Position numbers and translations under genes: made by a program. From assembly GCA_051362555.1 (NCBI GenBank), contig CM120648.1, positions 18,286,587 to 18,350,586 of the forward strand: 64,000 bases of DNA. Reading direction: 5' to 3'. The stretch comes from Lingula anatina (lineage: Eukaryota; Animalia; Brachiopoda). Shown here piece by piece: positions 59,801-64,000 of this stretch. A model generated the notes under the pieces. The model did no database searches. It was not told the origin of the DNA and saw nothing but the letters and a program-made list of their open reading frames with translations. Numbering within the stretch: position 1 is the first letter of the stretch; each line of letters starts with the position of its first letter.

Positions 59801-62668
59801 AAGGAGTTTGCGATTGGTTTGCAAGTGAGAGACTCTGAGTTGCCTAGTCCAAGATGCACGTCGCAAGAAATGAAGGAGAAAGTGCCCTTTGCGTGTCGAG
59901 TACGGCGCACGCCCTCACATCTGTAACGAACAAAATCGAAAACACGACGGGACTGCGAGAATAAAGGGCGAGCTCACGACGCATGCTCGTGTCTCGACAA
60001 TTTCCTTGAGCAACAATTTTCAAAAATTTTGAATTTTGCTCAATTCAGATTCTAATCTAATTCAGATTCAAAAGACAAGGGAAAGAAGCTTAAAGAACAG
60101 AAAAGAAGGTTGGAGAAAAAAGACAGAAAATAAAGCGGTTTAGCACTTCTTTTTTATTACTTAATAATTTAACGAATTCATCGTTGCCTGAAAAAAAGAC
60201 ATAGCTGCGTTATCTTAGATTAAAACTAACTTTGCCTTAAGTTGATAAATAAATGAATAAATAGAAGGCCGTACAATATATATACGGTACTACTGAGAAC
60301 AGTAGGAGAACGAATTAATTTTGTAAAAACATTTCTCAAAAATCACAAGGAAGAGCTGTAGGCCTACGTACTGTCAAGCTGCACACAAAGTCTGAGATCG
60401 CCTTCGTGTAACGTTCTTTATTTTCCCCAATATATTTCGAATAAAATGTGTCAATTCTGGGTCTCAAGAGATGGTGCATCTTGAAAAAAGGCATTATAGA
60501 AAGTGTTGTGAATTACGAATGGGGTTTACAAAGCCAAGGGAATCTATGCCTTGGGGGGGGGGGGGGGGGTAGTGTTTTTGCGGAGCATCGGTACGCGGGA
60601 GTATCAGTGCGGGGGAGTATCGGTGCGGGGATGTAAAGAAGCGGGGGAGTATCGGTGCGAGGGAGTAACGGTGCGTGGGAGTATCGGTGAGGGGATGTAA
60701 AGAAGCGGGGGAATATCGGTGCGGGGGAGTATCGGTGCGGGGATGTAAAGAAGCGGGGGAGTATCGGTGCGGGGGAGTATCGGTGCGGGGGCGTATAGGT
60801 ACGTAGCCGTGGGCGCAGACGATGCATATTTTTCTATTAGAGAATGAAGGCAGGCGATAGTATCTATATAAATAAAATCTAAAAGAAAGACCTGTAATCA
60901 CAGCGGGTTAAAATTGTTTTGTTGTTACCGTACGTTGTCGCTCAAGGACAGAGGAAAATTTCCCTACATTTTACACCAAGTGGGCGACATACTACCTTTT
61001 TATACTCAATATAATATTTTATTACTCAATAATTGTTATAGTGAGGAATGACGACAGCAGTTTGGAGCTTTCGTACGTTTATTCACCGACTCCTTTTTCA
61101 CAGAATGTACAAGTATTGTTTATATTCTATTTTCCATTCTCAAATTTCCCATTCTCATATGACAAAACTCTATTCAACATTTCCTAATTTGGTAATTTTA
61201 ATAAGACTTGTTTATGATTTAAAATATTTAAAATTTTTCCCAAATTACTCATCTTGGATCTTGTCCAACTCTAGTATGCATGAGTTCTACACGTGTTAAA
61301 CACGCGCAAATCGATAGAAAAATCAACCAATCAGATCCAACTATATCGGACTTTGAAACGTTCCATCTTTTCTTACTTCGAGAACAAAATCTGCACTTAC
61401 TGACTCTTAAAGAAATTAACTTGCACTCAATAACTTCTTACACATTTGATTCAGTTTTAAATGTTTTGTAATTGCCGAAAGTGTATGTCATTTGCTTTGC
61501 AACATAATTAAACTGATCGACAACTGAAGAAATGCATATTTGCGTAATTTTCTACACAAACTAACATTAGAATAAAGGACGCACGGGTGATTATTATTCA
61601 CAAAATTTAAGTCTTATTTATTTACATTCCTCATTTTCGAGGTGTTTGAGGGATTTATTTGTCAACCCTTTCTCCGCTAGCCTTATCGGTAAAATGCGAC
61701 ACTGCACAGCTTACGTACGATTGTTTCAGATGATAATGTCACACTACTAGTGCAAGGGAAACATACTTCAGATGCAATATAGCGAAGATAATAGGAAGTT
61801 TTATTTTTTTAAATGTGTTTTAACGCATTATATTTTAAACATCATTGTGTTATTATATTGTGATCGTATTACTGTTATTGTATTATTATATTGCAAGTCA
61901 ACAACAAATTCCATTTTTTGGGCGTATAAAATGATGCCATCTTAATTTTATCTCTTAACTCATTTAAAACAAGTGTGCTAAAAATTTGTTTTCGTGGCGT
62001 CTGGGGTCATGGGGTGTACTCGACTTCCTGTAAGTATTTAAGTCTGTAACAATTCATTTTTATTTTGTTAGATTGTATAAACATCTTTATTTACCAGTAC
62101 TAGTATTGGTAAACAAGGATTTCAAGTGATGGAATTATGGCCTTTATTTCATGAATATATATTAATCATAGCGTTATTTTTAACGTTTCCGTGAACAGAT
62201 TAGAGGAACAAACTTTAAAAACAAATGAAAGTACGATGCAGGAAAACCCTGGCTATATAGGCCTATAGTGCCATTGAATTGTAACAATCTGCAGTTAAGG
62301 AAGGTAGGCCTACATGAACATACGTACATGTAGATCCGATATTTAAAGAAAAATAAATTTTACAGTCAAAAAGCTAATAAATTAATAAAACGATTATGAA
62401 AAGAAATTGAAAATAATATCAGAAATCTTTAATGTGCAGAGATAACAGAAAAAAAAAAAAAAAAAAAACAGAAAAAAAGGGGGGGGGCGAGTCGCACTGA
62501 AAATTTAAGGCATATATTGAAGCTTATGCATTAATTTTTTTTTAATGTGCTAATGAATAAACTTTATTTACTTACTCTGAACACCTGCGCTAACCTCCTA
62601 ACATTGAGGTCATTGAGTCGAAGGTTAAAGGTTCCCTTCACAGGATGTGTAATGGAATACGTAGCCAT
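53843..62668 (-). CDS. Transposon-borne protein with C-terminal RING finger (second IS3EU gene); possible 1-nt frameshift
   Basis: Exons 62668-62576 (MATYSITHPVKG..RRLAQVFR), 56093-55869, 55376-55186 (VLTDSAGFELTDTEATR), 54873-54780 (SEFWKCNSRKIY), 54495-54323 (..FDCSICM), 54033-53843 (SSCCNTILTCQAC..CPKCR, stop). The exon 2/3 phase needs either one less G in a G5 run or the AG 4 nt downstream. Confidence 0.72.
57124..59410 (-). mobile_element. Degenerate non-LTR retrotransposon (APE-RT LINE) in intron 1 of the RING gene
   Basis: EN end (SWIDH..NLSDHLP); RT motifs SPGIDSVTAEH, NYRPITI, QFGFK, LDAEKCFD, RQGSILSPILFN; YADD reads *ADD (TAA at about 57970); several frameshifts. Clade not determined. 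Confidence 0.88.
59425..60809. mobile_element. Non-autonomous DNA element with inverted 17-bp subterminal repeat arrays
   Basis: ccg(a/t)tactcccccgca x4-5 at 59434-59525 and the inverted tgcgggggagtatcgg array at 60585-60800; no TSD identified. Confidence 0.55.
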
Positions 62669-64000
62669 GATGACTGTGGTGATTTGCCGCCAGATCTCTA
62701 TATATAATATATCACCAAGCCGACTGCACTTCCGTTTTCTCGTTTTTCAGTTTTCATTTTAAAATTGAAAAATGAAAAACGACCCATTATTCAAAATTCG
62801 TTTTGCCACGTTGTTGTAAATTCTAACTCATTTTTTCAACATTAAAGATTGAAGCACAGTAGTGAAAAATGATTTAGAACGAAATCAATTTTAGTAATAA
62901 ATCAATATATATATAAATACATGTATTATTTCATATTTCCATTTTTAAGCATTTTTAAGATCATAGAAAATCGAACCATTTCTCGTTTTTTCATTTTGAA
63001 TGAAAAAACGAATTTCCAACCCGTTTTCATCGCATTTCCGCTGTTTTCTTGAAATGAAAATGAAAAACGGCCGTTTTTTCATTTTCTGACAAAATGGAAA
63101 TCACTTTGCCCCCCCATACACGGACCGTCTACGTCATCATTTTGTGAATGGGAATACAGCGCACCAAGTAGTATGAAAAATAACTAGTTTTCACACGAAG
63201 CCCTCTTTTGGCAAAATCCCCTAGCCCATCTTAGAATATTACTTCCGACTTTATACGGCAGTGAACGGGGTTAAAATATGAATTCGGAGTGAGGTTTACG
63301 AATTCGGAGTGAGCTTTTTCAATTCGGAGTGAGGTTTACGAATTCGGAGTGAGCTTTTTCAATTCGGAGTGAGGTTTACGAATTCGGAGTGGGGTTTACG
63401 AATTCGGAGTGGGGTTTACGAATTCGGAGTGAGGTTTAAGAATTGAGAGTGAAGTTTAAATATTCGGAGTGACGTTTAAGAATTGAGAGTGAAGTTTAAA
63501 TATTCGGAGTGAGGTTTAAGAATTGAGAGTGAAGTTTAAATATTCAGAGTGAGGTTTAGAATTGGGAGTGTCGTTTGGAATTTGGAGTGCACTTGTGGGC
63601 CACTGTAGCTTTACTTATTAAGAATATTTTATATTTATTTCAAAGGTCAAACCACCTTGCCACACTGGGAGGGTTTTCCTCCAAGGAAATGGTACAGTGT
63701 AGATAGAATCATGTCTACTATTTTTAAAACTAACATATTGCATGCCAGTGTAACTGGATTGGGAAGTGCGGAAAGGTTGCACTAAAAAACCTGGCCTTTA
63801 CAAAAGCAATGGAATGTTTGCATTTCGTAATGATCAAATAATGTTTGCTTAGATATATTTTTACATATTAATTGTATTATAATGATCCTGAAGTAAAGTT
63901 ACAGTTCAAAATGTAAAGGTTGTTTCTTCTGAACAACTTTGCCTTTTTATGCTTTTTACATATATTCTCTTAAGGATAAACGCATATCAACCGATTTCTG

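Larger units (their letters stand above)
48431..63129 (+). mobile_element. IS3EU-like DNA transposon with two convergent intron-containing genes
   Basis: 6-bp TSD TACGTC at 48425-48430 and 63130-63135; TIR tacggtccgtgtatgggggggcaaagtgatttccattt.gtcagaaaatgaaaaaacggccgtttttcattttcattt; subterminal aaatg(g/a)aaaaacg motifs. TAY termini, a 6-bp TSD and an integrase-core transposase fit the IS3EU superfamily. Confidence 0.85.
46730..63607. mobile_element. Non-autonomous IS3EU-like DNA transposon (about 2.2 kb without the nested insertion)
   Basis: 6-bp TSD GCTTTA at 46724-46729 and 63608-63613; TIRs t(g/a)c(g/a)gtggcccacaagtgcactccaaattccaaacgacactcccaattctaaacctcac; 20-bp subterminal arrays in inverted orientation. 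Confidence 0.88.
46333..63830 (+). pseudogene. DUF4806-like gene remnant split by the nested IS3EU-like insertions
   Basis: Exon 46333-46544 (DRFIFTTLLQIKAML...FAFPMETREDVARVENILKD) and an exon from 63646 (NHLATLGGFSSKEMV / DRIMSTIFKTN / CQCNWIGKCGKVALKNL, frameshifted). This fits the LGG..RIM..F..NWxGxxGK pattern I recall for DUF4806, often found in animal EnSpm/CMC transposons. Confidence 0.6.

Noticed and set aside
60494-60901. Pro/His-rich ORFs on the minus strand
   Set aside because: They are translations of the 17-bp subterminal repeat array.

Overview
AT-rich, intron-containing animal genomic DNA; the repeat families suggest a mollusc or other lophotrochozoan (inference). (1) The 3' part of a ClC-2-type chloride channel gene lies on + (22 exons reconstructed by hand, 888-31221), and one exon carries an in-frame TGA plus a frameshift. 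(2) A complete 6-exon 11-beta-HSD1-like SDR gene lies on - (33441-41227), tail-to-tail with it. (3) An apparently intact PAT-like DIRS tyrosine-recombinase retrotransposon sits in a ClC intron (18558-24796). (4) A nested transposon stack: a broken DUF4806-like gene contains a non-autonomous IS3EU-like element (46730-63607), which contains an IS3EU-like element with an intact transposase (48431-63129). That inner element encodes a spliced DDE transposase and a convergent RING-finger gene, and itself holds LINE and MITE insertions. (5) There are also Helentron-type non-autonomous elements, a Tc1 fold-back and several MITEs. The most striking pattern is that at least 15 tandem duplications or minisatellites are anchored on splice junctions of the two host genes. 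Each unit copies the GT donor or AG acceptor, usually with the adjoining exon edge, giving 2 to about 73 near-identical splice sites per junction, and the frame-correct site is always the exon-proximal copy. I saw no such arrays at the 10 introns of the transposon genes. All exon calls are manual and have no transcript support.
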